From: Chrysomallon squamiferum
Lineage: Eukaryota; Animalia; Mollusca
Direction: 5' to 3'
DNA length: 64,000 nt
Assembly (NCBI GenBank): GCA_012295275.1
Contig: CM022677.1
Span: forward strand, 18,786,001 to 18,850,000
The position numbers were made by a program, and so were the translations under genes. Position 1 is the first letter of the stretch. Each line of letters begins with the position of its first letter. This document shows positions 12,082 to 24,281 of this stretch, piece after piece. The notes under the pieces were generated by a model. It saw nothing but the letters and a program-made list of their open reading frames with translations. It was not told where the DNA came from and did no database searches.

Positions 12082-13835
12082 GACATATCTACATTCTACC
12101 TTAAACCTGTTTTTACAGATTGCGTCTTTTTTTTTTTCAAAATAAAGGAAAAATAAAAATAAAAACGGAAAATGATTTTTGAAAAAAAATGTAAGATGAT
12201 TTAATCTGTAGGCTTTTTCGTAAGTTTTTGCTAAAGAAAATTAATTGCAAAGAGAAAATTAAAAACAGATCTTTATTATTATTTATTTTTTTTTTTTTTT
12301 AAATTTTATGTGCACCAATGATAAATACATGAATGTTTATTAATTTTACAAATGTGTTGTCAAATGGTTTTATAAAAATATGTTTAAGAAAAATTATTTA
12401 TACCAAATTTGGTTCAGGTTATTTTAAAAGTGAGTTCCTCATACTGCTTGAAATGACAATTTTAGATTGTCATTTAATAAAAAAATATTAACAGAAAATG
12501 CACCAATATTCAAATACAAACATAAAAGATAAAAACACCCATTAAAAATTTGTATTTTTAAAATCACAAATGAAAGATGAACACAATGAACTTATCAATA
12601 CAAACCATATTTTGTGTATTTAAGTGTAAAGGACAAAAAAAATAAAAAAACAAAAAAAAAAAAAAAAAATAATATATATATAAATTTATAATATAATAAA
12701 AATAAATATAAAAAATTAAAAGATAAATAAAATAAAAAAATAGAAAAAATAAGATTCATTTTTTTTTTTTTTTGAAACAATAATAAGTTTTGAATATTTA
12801 TTATGAAATACTCCATGATGCCTACAAATGAAAAATGAACACTATTTTTAATTTTGGGTTAAAAATATATCATTACATTTTTTTTTTTTTGTAATTTGAC
12901 CAAAGATAAGAACACATCAGGTAAAAAAAAAAGTAAAAATAAATAAATAAATAAAATAAAATAAAATATAAAAAATACATTATTTTTTTATATAACAGAA
13001 ATCTATTTTTCTTGAAAAAAAAAAAAACCCATAATGACTCCCCCCTTTTTATTAGAACAGCAGATTTGATTCTCTCTAAGCAGTTACTACACCAATTAAA
13101 AATTTAGTAATAGGTTGAATTATGAAACATGATCTTAAAAATGAAAAAAATTTAAAAAATTCAAATTGTTTTTAAAATCTTTTTTTTTTTAAAAACAAAG
13201 AAACAATAACAAAATTTTATAAAAATATAACTAATGATGACGATGGTGTATAAAAACATGTTAAAAGTTTAAAATAATTAACTTAAAATAAATAAATGAA
13301 AAAAAAGATTAAAAAAAAAAAAAAAAAAAGATTGAAATTCAAATGCTGCCTTTTTCAACCTAAATTAAAAAAAAAAAAAAAAAAAAAAAATTATTATTAA
13401 AATATTTTTAAAAATTTAAATAAATTAAAAAAAAAAAAGTTTCATAATGTTTCATAGTGAAATAATTAAATACATTCTGTCTATGACTAAGAGATTTTGT
13501 TACTGGTGCACAACCAAATGCCAATAATAAAGTATACAATATTCATAATGGACGCAAACAGCTGATATTTTTCAGTCTGCTGTAATTCTAAGATGATTTT
13601 ATGTAATTACAAATGAATTATTATAAATTATCCTTCCAAACTGTGTTAATAATAAAGGATAATACTTTATTATTATTAAACAATGGTTTAATGAAGGAAA
13701 TTAATCACCGTCTTGGGAAAAAAACAACTAAATATGATAAATTAGCTAATTCTGATTAGTGTTCTGTAATTTATCCAACCAAATTGTGTTTGAGAATAAT
13801 ATTTTATTATTAAAAATGTCTTTTTTGGCATAAAA

Positions 13836-13877
<42 letters not shown>

Positions 13878-14140
13878 ATTAAATAAATAAATAAATAAAT
13901 AAATAAAAGAATATAAATATATTTAAGATTTTTTTTCTAAAAATGTAATTTAAAAAAAAAAAAATTTAAATTATAGTATGTTTCATGCCTTTAATATCTG
14001 ATTTTAAAAGAAAGTTTTATTTTGGGTTTTTTTCATCTTTGCAATTCTGAAATCAGAGATTACACTACAAACATGAAAACAGAATTCAAACATTCACCGA
14101 TTTAAAAATTTCTAACATTATTTTTCAAAAAAAGCAATAG

Positions 14141-14179
<39 letters not shown>

Positions 14180-14454
14180 CACTAAAATATTATTTCAACA
14201 AGAACAAGAACAACTGTGACAACAACAACAACATCAACAACAACGTTATAACAATTCTTTTGTTTGCCATTTATGAATCATTTAAAAAACAAAAATTCTT
14301 TTTTTTTTGTTGGGGGGAAATTTAATTTCCTTATTTTTTCACCATGATACACTATCGGGCAACATGATACAACAAGTCATAGTTAAGCATTCAGCTTGAA
14401 GAATGGAAGAATGAAGGTTCAAAACCTGATAATGGATTCCGTCTTGAGATTATG

Positions 14455-14890
14455 CGAAGACTATAATAGTGACCTCCAGATATCACTAGGTCAAATAAAA
14501 AGGGATATTTACAAATTATAGTGACCTCTGGCCGTAGGTCATAATTATTAATTCAACCTTTTAGACCAAAATGTCAAACAGGAGACAAAGTCAAATAATG
14601 AATAATAATGACCTAGGTGTACAGTTTATGGACCATTTTAATGACCTATACTGTAGCTCTGTAGACCATAATAAATGTTGCAGGCCAGGTTTATAGACCA
14701 TAACAGCAACCTCTTGAGAGAGGCCTGTAGAAGTCTATAATTTTGACCTTCGTCTGCAGCTTTAGGGACCATAATAGTGACCTTCTGCTGCTTAATAAAT
14801 CATAACAGTGACCTCTAGGCCATAATAATGACCTTTTTGCTGCAGCCTAAGTCTATAAGAATAATTTACAGTTTTGTAGGCCATAATATT
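14455..14890. repeat. Degenerate minisatellite (accataatagtgacctct...) related to the 11.5-kb array
   Basis: Recurring 'ataat(a/g).tgacct'; shares 18-mer ttatagaccataacagca with the array at 11560. Confidence 0.65.
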
Positions 14891-15609
14891 TTTAAAAATA
14901 TATATATATATCCTTATAATAATGAGGTCAGGAGAAAGTTTTACAGTTAGTAACAGTTGTACAATGTTGCCAGATAGAGTATGAAGGATCATAAGGATCA
15001 TAAGGATAATACTTTTCTTTGTTAACAGTTAACAGAAATATTTGACATTAAGATTCAGCCAGTATTTAAAAAATATGACATATTTATTAAGTATATAAAC
15101 AGATCAGAACATGATTACCTTTGATAATGTGTGTTAACAAGATACCCTATTTTGATTTGCCTTTCATCATGGAAACTATGTCGAATATTAATGAAGATAT
15201 GGATGTTTGTCTTTTGTTTTCAAAAACTGTTATAAAATTTTAATTTTAAAGATGTTTACAGGAGTTTTAGATTTCAAGTGAAAAAAAAAAGTTTTACGCT
15301 GAAAATTAGTCTTTGAGTATTCAGAACGTTTGCATTTTATTAAAGGTTACTGTTATCAAATTTTTTATTTTAAAGAAGTTTAAAATTTTATCTTCAAGAG
15401 GGAAATAATTTTTTTTTTTTTTTTTTAATCTCAATTCTTGTTTTTTTTTTTCAGTTCTACACTGTGACCCCTATAAAATATTTGTCAGATACTAGTAGAA
15501 AGATATTTTTAGAATTTGAAAAAGAGAGAAAATAACAGATAAATGAAATGAAAGAAGGAATAACAAATAACAAAAAGTTAATAGAACAAATCCAATGACT
15601 GAAATAAAC

Positions 15610-15640
<31 letters not shown>

Positions 15641-15911
15641 TAGAAAATGGAATTCTGTCATGATGATGCTATTAATAGAAACAGGTGGCTGCCTCAAAAG
15701 TGAGATACATTTGATATTATTTTCATTAGATATTTTTATTCTGAAATCTGAAATATATATATATATATTTTAAGCTGTTTTATTGTAAGAAAATAAGAAA
15801 ATAAAAAATTTTGATTTTAGAAAAATATACAATATAATGAAATTTTCGATAAATTTGTATTCAGTTATGCATTACAAATTTCTTTTCATGATATGAGATG
15901 TGTCTTTGAAA

Positions 15912-16372
15912 TCAGTTCAGTGTAAATGCACCTTAAGCATAAATTTAGTTATGATTTAATTTTTTGATATAATACACTCAAACACAACAAAATAACGTCT
16001 TAACAAGTTTTCCAATATAAATGCACCTTATGAATAAACAGAACAACAACAGAGAATAAAGGAAATTTAAATCATCATAATTATAATAACGAATGACTGT
16101 TTTAGCAAGTTGTTCAGTGTTAATGCACCTTAAGAATAAAACAGAGCATGTTAAAAAAAAAAAATCAGTCTGAATTTTTCATAATTGCTGTAACACCCAT
16201 AAACTGTTTCAACAAAGTGTTTAGTGTTAATGCACCTTAAGAATAACATTCATACAAAAAAAAAAAAAAGATAAGATTAAAAATTATTTTATCATTACCA
16301 TTTGTAGTTACTGTAATGCTCACAGACTGTTTTAGCAAATTGTTTAGTGTTAACGCACCTTAAGAATAGAAA
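15912..16372. repeat. Degenerate ~100-120-bp tandem repeat with conserved core tgttcagtgttaatgcaccttaagaata, 5 copies
   Basis: Cores near 15916, 16015, 16111, 16218, 16341. Confidence 0.75.
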
Positions 16373-16557
16373 ATTCTGCAAAAGAATTAAAAATTTTAAT
16401 TCTGCTAAATTTACTGTTTTATGTAACAATTTATTGAGACAGAATTCCATTGTTATTTTATAAGTCAACAAAAAAACCAAAACCCTGAGGAAACAAAAGA
16501 AATAAAAAAAAAAAAAAAAATTACCTTCCAGGCTGAGAGATAAAAATATTAATAAAA

Positions 16558-16592
<35 letters not shown>

Positions 16593-16663
16593 AAGAAAAT
16601 GAAAAAAAAAAAAAAAAAAATTAAAAAAAAAAGTGAAGGTGACTAGAAAAGCCCTGAATGAAT

Positions 16664-16695
<32 letters not shown>

Positions 16696-17721
16696 TTAAA
16701 AAAAAGATTTTAAGACCAAAACAAGACAAGAAAGAGAAGACATTGTAACAGAAATGGTTCAAAATCAAAAACATTTTTTACAGAAAATTACTAAACCCAG
16801 AAATGATGGTAATAATAGTATATTATTATCATTGACCTCTTTAAAATGTCCTATTCAGGCTATTGATATTATTTTCTTTTTATTTTTTTGTCGTTTTTTT
16901 TTTTTTTTCTTTTTACAACTGGTGTGTATGTATGTATTTATGTATGTATGTATGTAAATCTGTACATACATATATAGTAACAGAACATATGGCAAGTTAA
17001 ACAAGACACAATATGTAATAGATTTCAGTATATGTGCTTTTTGTAAGAATCTTTCCATTCGTATATGCAAAACATTTAAAATACAAAATAACAAAAATAT
17101 TGTTTAAGAAGCAAATACTGACAATTATATACTTTTTAGTAATTTTACTAAACTGCCAACAAAAACATTAAATGGCTTGTTTAAGTTTAAAGATTTACTT
17201 AAAGAGAAAAAAAATTACCTAGTGACATTAAGTAGTAGTGATAATAATAATAAAAATAATAATAATAGTAATAGTAATAATAATAATAATAATAAAATTA
17301 TAACAGCAGAAATAGTAAATAATAGTAAAAGAAATTAATAAAATATAATGATAGTAGTAATAATAATAGCAAATATAATAATAAAAATTGTAATAACAGA
17401 AATAGTTAATAAAAGCAATAATAATAATAATAATAATAAAAACTAATAATAAACTGAAATAATAAGAACAATAATAACGGTAATAAAATGAGCACATATA
17501 CAGAAAAATATACACATATTCACAACAGTAACAAGTAACAGTTTTTTTTTGTTTTGTTTTTTTTAAGTATTATACTGTAACATGGCATTCACATGGAGAA
17601 ACTGTATTTTATTTTTTATATATAGAGAGAGAGAAATACAGCAAGTCATATTTATTTACATATGTAGATTTTTTTTTTCAATGATATACAACAGGTGAAA
17701 AAATCAGCCAAATGGCTTCAC

Positions 17722-18060
17722 AACTATCCTGAAGGATACACATCCTGTAGGATACACGACAAGGATATATCCCCACAGGATACTTTAAAGGACATATCCT
17801 ATAGAAAAGCAGAGATGTTTTGAAGGATACAATAGAACATTTAATCCGTTAACTGTGTAAGACATTTTCACCGTATCCTATAGGATTCCACAGACATATA
17901 TCCTGCAGGATCTCTATTTGTAACGTATTTCTGTAGGATAGCAAATTTTCGTGTCCTTAAGGACTGCAGATTATATCCTGTAGGGGCACTGTACACATAT
18001 CCTGTAGGATACCGTAAAACACGTCCTGTAGGATACTGCAGAGACGTCCTTTTGGCAGGA
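17722..18060. repeat. Array of short palindromes TATCCT-NN-AGGATA with unique spacers in the proximal CTDSPL2 3' UTR
   Basis: About 12-15 full or partial copies, e.g. 17725, 17741, 17874, 17898, 17974, 17998, 18023. Confidence 0.8.
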
Positions 18061-18123
18061 TCAGGGAGGGAGCAGGGTGTGAAGCTTGAACCGGTCTCGA
18101 ATAAGAGGTCGAACGTCACGATG
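18061..18123 (-). CDS. CTDSPL2: CTDSPL2 terminal coding exon (HRDVRPLIRDRFKLHTLLPP*)
   Basis: tttAG acceptor at 18124-18125; DVRP-x-IRDRF-x-LH-x-LLPP C-terminus; TGA 18061-18063. Confidence 0.92.
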   Translation of the reverse strand, partial: HRDVRPLIRDRFKLHTLLPP

Positions 18124-18192
18124 CTAAAAAAAAATATAAAAATTAAAAAAATAGAAAATAAAATAAAAAACTAAAATTCAAATCTCAGACAT

Positions 18193-18195
<3 letters not shown>

Positions 18196-18277
<82 letters not shown>
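18196..18277. repeat. (AG)n microsatellite
   Basis: Perfect dinucleotide run. Confidence 0.95.
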
Positions 18278-18280
<3 letters not shown>

Positions 18281-18349
18281 TGTCTCAAGTTCCTTTTGTA
18301 ACAGAAGAATTTATTTTAAAATCACCACTACAACGGCGTACAAACTCAC

Positions 18350-18445
18350 CTGCATGACTACATCATCCAGGAACGGCAGCAACTTCATCAGCTCAACATC
18401 CAACTTGTCAACAAACCAACTCTCAATGGGGATACCGTTGTCCAA
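18350..18445 (-). CDS. CTDSPL2: CTDSPL2 exon ([32 protein letters not shown])
   Basis: ttcAG / GTgag; NGIPIESWF motif; 96 nt. Confidence 0.95.
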
Positions 18446-19186
18446 CTGAAATCAGAACGATAATGAAAAACATTCAACACCATTTCATCTCTTTTTAAAT
18501 ATTTACTATCAGGACAGACTTAGAACAGAGGTATTGGGAGATAATACAAAATAAACAGCACAAATAAATTTTTCACTGATTTTTAGCATCACTTTGACAC
18601 TGGTTAATATTTTACCTGGACTGAATTTTGAGCAAACTGATTAGGATATATGAAACAAAATAAAAAGCAGGTACAAGAAAAGGTAGTACAATTTATTTAC
18701 TTCAGGAGGGCAAAGCTGGATATTATGATAAAAACTTAAAATATGTAAACAGGTATCTGGGTTTATTTCAGTGTTGAGGACATACTTAAACAAAGTCAGA
18801 TTTTGGCACAAGTTACATAAGCAACAGAAGTTTAGGCCTGACAACAATAACAATACAACACAACAACAAACAAATAACAATAATAATAACAATAGATAAA
18901 TAAAATATTCATTCTGGTACTCTCTGATTGTTCAATATAGTTCACAGAGAAGTGAATCCTGAATTTCAAAACTCATTAAGATATTTTTAATTAGAAGTAA
19001 GAAGAAATATCTTTTGACCATAAATTTTAATTTTTAATTTTGTTTTGGAAATGAAATATTTCCAAGACTTTTTCATAACAAAAACCCCAAAAACATCACA
19101 TTTTAAAAACATTCCTGGTACTGGAAAGAGAGTTTTTGAAATTTCCGGAACTTTCCACAAACTGTGAGAATCGACTTCCGACATAC

Positions 19187-19313
19187 CTGATATCCAAATG
19201 CCTGAGGAGAGTTGTCGACTATGATGGTTTTAGCCAGATCTCTTCCCAGAATGCTCAGGTCCTTGATGTAATAACCATTGACACATATACAGTGCTCTCT
19301 AAACAACCGATGT
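19187..19313 (-). CDS. CTDSPL2: CTDSPL2 exon ([42 protein letters not shown])
   Basis: ccAG / GTatg; FCP1/SCP motifs RLFREHC, KDL, GRDL, DNSP. Confidence 0.96.
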
Positions 19314-19970
19314 CTGGAGAAAGTAAAAAGTAAAAGTAAAAGTAAAAATGAAAATAAAAGTAAAAATGAAAATAAAAGTAAAAGTACAAATATGAAAAAA
19401 AAAATGAAAATGAAAATGAAAATGAAAATAAAAATGAAAATAAAAGTCAAAGTAAAAATAAAAATGAAAATAAAAGTAAAAATAAAAATAAAAATATAAA
19501 AAATAAAACAAAAATGTAAAAATAAATTTAAAAATAAAAATAAAAATAAAAATAAAGCTGTTAATGTACACATAAAAGAATGAATGACTGAATGAATAAA
19601 TAAATCAATCAATAAAATAAGTAAATAAATGTATAAATGTATATGTATTAAGTAATACATCCAGACATACATTAACATTTTTCACTGACACAGAAAATAC
19701 ACATCCACACACCCCAATCAGAAAGACACACATTTTTATTTATTTTAAAATTATATTCACACAACAATTTCACTAAAATTAGTTTCTTCTCTAACTCAAA
19801 CATCTAATTAACACAAAAAAACCCCTAAATCTCTCTGCAAAAACAATTTCAGTAATTCTACAAGCAAAAACGTCGAATTAACGTCAATTAATTTCTTCAC
19901 AAAACGGTCTCAATACGTTTTCTTGCTATAATTAAACCTTCCCGTTAACCCCAGGAACTAATTTCTTTAC

Positions 19971-20113
19971 CTGATGAGTTTCTTTTCGGGATCAAGAAGG
20001 TTGAGAAGCTTGTCGGCGTAGACTTTCTTCGAGGCCGTGAACAAAATAACTTCAAACAACTGGGACACACGCTCTAGAAACTCACGGAAATACGGGCGTG
20101 TCCTCACAAACAC
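19971..20113 (-). CDS. CTDSPL2: CTDSPL2 exon ([47 protein letters not shown])
   Basis: tacAG / GTaaa; RP...FL...LFTAS...YAD motif. Confidence 0.96.
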
Positions 20114-20560
20114 CTGTAGTAATTAAACACACCTGAGTTAATTACTGAACACCTGAGTTTTATAAAATTATAAATACCCTGCAATACTGTGAACAGACTT
20201 GTAATTATCAAAAGCACCCTGTAGGAACTGTAAATTAATAATAAAAATACACCTGTAGTAGTTTTAAATACCTGGAATATTTATATAAACAGACCTGTAA
20301 TAATTGTATAGACAGCTGTTATAATTATAAATACATCTGTAATAATTATAAACACAAAAATGTATTAATTTCAAACACAGCTGTAATAATTACATCTGTA
20401 GTAATTACAAATATATCTGTAATAACGAACAGTATCATAATTACTACTAAAAAACATTTGTATTAATTATAAAAGCATTAATAATAATTATAAACACACC
20501 TTTCGCAATTATTCTATACATGTTACTTGTAGTAATTATGAGAAAAAAAAACCCACCTGA
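20114..20560 (-). repeat. Degenerate ~20-bp repeat echoing the adjacent CTDSPL2 acceptor (aattactacAG|gtgt)
   Basis: ACCTG (CAGGT on -) at 20131, 20151, 20251, 20270, 20293, 20555 plus decayed copies. Confidence 0.7.
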
Positions 20561-20774
20561 ATTAAAGTCTACCTTTGATACCAAGGATAAAAGACCTAAT
20601 AAAATTCCTTATATTTCTAAGCTAGTATAATTATTATTATTATTATTTTTACTTTTTTTCTGGGCAACCTACTTCACTTACACAACAATAAAATAACATT
20701 TTTTAACTCACCATTTTGTAAATTATTTATTTATTTTTTTATTTTTTTATTTTATTTCTTGCTGGGTAACCTAC

Positions 20775-21000
20775 ATTTTGGTTCATACTGTTTGAGGTAA
20801 GAATGAAAACTACTTTTTGGCTCATACTGTTTGAGGTAAGAGTGAAAACTACTTTTTGGTTCATACTATGTGAGATGAGAGACACAACTATGTGAGATGT
20901 GAGACACTACTATGTGAGATAAGAGACACTACTATGTGAGATGAGAGACACTACTATGTGAGATGTGAGACACTACTATGTGAGATAAGAGTGAAGACAC
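20775..21000. repeat. Minisatellite (43-bp and ~20-23-bp units, acactactatgtgagat.agag) next to a CTDSPL2 donor
   Basis: Directly visible tandem units. Confidence 0.85.
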
Positions 21001-21004
21001 AAAC

Positions 21005-21091
21005 CTGGTAGGTAACGTCTTGAAACAACACCGGGAAAGAGAAAGCTGCGTCTTCGAGTTCAGTCAAACTGCAGTGAACTAAAGTCTCATC
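21005..21091 (-). CDS. CTDSPL2: CTDSPL2 exon ([29 protein letters not shown])
   Basis: gcAG / GTttg; completes the DLDET HAD catalytic motif. Confidence 0.96.
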
Positions 21092-21797
21092 CTGCGAGAA
21101 AAAACATAAATAAATAAGTAAATAAATTAATAAGTAAATAAGTAAATACATAAATAAATAAATAAGTAAATAAGTAAGTAAGTAAGTAAATAAATAAATA
21201 AATGAATGAAAAAATTAATAAATAAATGAATAAATTAGTAAATAAATAAATAAATACACAAAATAAATAAATAAATAAATAAGTAAATAAATAAATAAAT
21301 AATGAAAAAATAAGTAAATACTAAATAAGTAAATAAATGAATAAATAAAGAAATGAGTAAATGAATGAATAATAAGTATATATATATATGTATAAAATGA
21401 ATGAATGAATAAATGATAAATGAATAACACAGCAGATGAATACAAAATATTACATTTATAAAAATAAAATAGATCATTAAAAATAAATAAACAGGAGGTT
21501 AGTCAAATAAAATAAAATATACGTATCTATATATATATATGAGACAGAGATGATGAGGAAGAGAAAGAAAATGAATGAATAAATGAATGTTTAACAACAC
21601 CCCAGAACAAAAAAAACAAAACAAAAAAAAAACATATCGGCTACTGCGAGTCAAACAAAGTTAAATATAACAAGAGGAAGAAAAAATAAAAATAAAAATA
21701 AAAATAAAAATAAACAGAGAGAACAAAGCCAACTACAAATACATTCTAGTTTTAATATGAAGACAGATAAGCAGACAGACAGACAGAAAGAACTTAC

Positions 21798-21909
21798 CAA
21801 ATCTAGCACTAATGAGAATTCTGGGGAACTTCTTGTTTTAAGCGGGAGAGCTGGCGCACGGGCGCGTAACTCATCCGACAAGGGAGGTAAGCTTCTAATT
21901 ATTGTGTAC
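21798..21909 (-). CDS. CTDSPL2: CTDSPL2 exon ([37 protein letters not shown])
   Basis: ttcAG / GTaag; PALPLKTRS[10 protein letters not shown] is characteristic of CTDSPL2. Confidence 0.96.
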
Positions 21910-22254
21910 CTGAAAAAAAATAAAATAATAATAATAATAATAAAAACATCTGAAATTTTACTCTCATATTCGAATTAGCAAGAAAAAGAGATCAGTTATT
22001 TTTTGTCTCCACATACAAAACATAAATAAACACACATGTAAGCTCATACACAGAAACACATGTTAGAACATGTACATATACATTCAAACACACACACACA
22101 CAACACATTCAAACACTCACATACATCCAGACACACATTCACACACAATTTCTTACAGGTAATGTGTTAAGTACTGCCCTTCATGACTTGATACAAAACA
22201 AATACAATAATAAATATAACCACAATACAACAAAAGTAAAAACAAACTGAACAT

Positions 22255-23303
22255 TATAAAACAATTTCGTTAAGATCAGAATCCTGTTCCCACTCGTAAC
22301 TTAAAATAGAATAAAAACAAAAAATGTTCAACAGTTTCTTAAATATGTTATACTGCTGTCACTCATAATTTAATATAAAATAAATATAAATATAAACACA
22401 ACATACCAGACAACAACATAACAAAGATAAAAAATAAAAACAAAATTTTTAAAATGATTTCTTATGTATCTGAAGTTTCCTGTTCTCACTCTTAACTTAA
22501 TAAAAATATAAATATAAACAATACACAACAGAAGTTAAAATAATATTAATAATAAAACAAATTTTAAAACAATTTCTTATATAACATAAATTTGCTGTTC
22601 TCACTCATAACTTAATATAAATATAAAAAATAAAAATAAATAAATAAATAATAATAATTTTAAAACGATTTCTTATGAATCGTAAATTTGCTATTAAGTT
22701 AAATTAATAATAATAATAATAATAATAATTTTTAAAACAATTTCTTACGGATCATAAGTCTCTTGTTCCCATTCATAACTTAATATAATTATAAATATAA
22801 ACACAACTACTACACAACAGAAGTTAAAATAATAATAATTTTAAAACAATTTCTTATGAATTGTAAGTTTGCTGTTCTCATTCATAAGTTAATATAAATA
22901 TAAACATAAACAATACACAACAGAAGTTAAAATAATAATAATTTTAAAACAATTTTTTACGGATCATAAGTTTGCTGTTCCCACTCGTAACTTAGTATAA
23001 ATAGAAAAAAAAATAAAAATAACAATAATAATTTTAAAACGATTTCTTATGGACTGTAAGTTTGCTGTTCCCACTCGTAACTTAATATAAATATAAATAT
23101 AAACAATACACAACAGAAGTTAAAATAATAATAATAATAAAAAATAATTTTAAAACAATTTCTTATATATCGTAAGTCTCCTGTTCCCATTCATAACTTA
23201 ATATAAATATAAATATAAACACAACTACTACACAACAGAAGTTAAAACAATAAAAAAATAATAAAAAAAAAATAATAATAATAATTTTAAAACGATTTCT
23301 TAC
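22255..23303 (-). repeat. ~100-bp-period tandem array, ~9 copies, each echoing the last ~33 nt of the CTDSPL2 exon plus its donor
   Basis: Variants of aaaac(a/g)atttcttacggatcataagtctcctgttcccactcgtaactt near 22260, 22455, 22565, 22665, 22735, 22845, 22950, 23040, 23155. Confidence 0.9.
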
Positions 23304-23613
23304 GGATCATAAGTCTCCTGTTCCCACTCGTAACTTTCTTCTTCACAAGCATCCTCTTCGGTTACCACACACGTAGTCGAATCACAGCTGCCAATGTCGG
23401 TGTTGTACACCATCATCTCACTGCTGTTGTTGTTGTTGTTGCTGCTGTTGTTGTTGCCGGGAAGGACGGGACCCCTTTCTGCAGCGTTGAACAGTACGAC
23501 GCTGTTGTTGTTGTTGTTGTTTTCCTCGTACATTTTCTCGGTTGGACAGGTTTCGTGGCATTCGATCGATTCCTCCATTGAAGGGTCTTCATTTTCTTTT
23601 CCTATGTTGTAAC
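23304..23613 (-). CDS. CTDSPL2: CTDSPL2 exon (YNIGKENEDPSMEESIEC...poly-Asn...EESYEWEQETYDP)
   Basis: tttAG / GTaag; phase 1 to 2; ends in the (F/Y)DP motif preceding the phosphatase domain. Confidence 0.9.
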
Positions 23614-24132
23614 CTAAAAAAATATAAGTAAAATAAGATACGATAAGGTAAGATAAATAAATAAATAAGTAAACAAATGATTAAATAAATAAATAACAGA
23701 TTAAATAAATAAAAAAGTAAATAAAAAAGTAAATAAATAAATAAATAAATAAATGATTAAATAAGTAAATAAATAAATGACTAAATAAGTAAATAAAAAA
23801 GTAAATAAATAAGTAAATGAATGATTAAATAATTAATTAAGTAAATAAAAAATAAATAAATAATAAATAAATAAATAAATAAAATAAATAAAAAAAAGTA
23901 AATAATAAATAAATAAATAAAATAAATGTTATCTCAAATAAATAAAATAAAAGAAAAAGAAAAAGAAAAAGAAAAAAGGAATACATGAAAGAATGAATGA
24001 ATAAATAAATACTCAATAAAATAAGTAAATAAATAAATGACTAATAAAATATAACAAAATAATAAAATTATAAAACAAAACACAAACACACACACATATA
24101 TAAATAAACATAATAAATTAAATTTAAATAAT

Positions 24133-24168
<36 letters not shown>

Positions 24169-24281
24169 ATATATTATAAATTAAATAAATATAAAACTAA
24201 TTAAACAGCAAACTACCTACCTACCTAACTAAATAAGTTAATAAATAAATAAATGAAAAAGAAGAAAACAAAAGAACTTAC

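Noticed and set aside
15912-18060. CRISPR-like repeat/spacer layouts at 15.9-16.4 kb and 17.7-18.06 kb
   Set aside because: Eukaryotic spliced-gene context, no cas genes, degenerate repeats and irregular spacer lengths.
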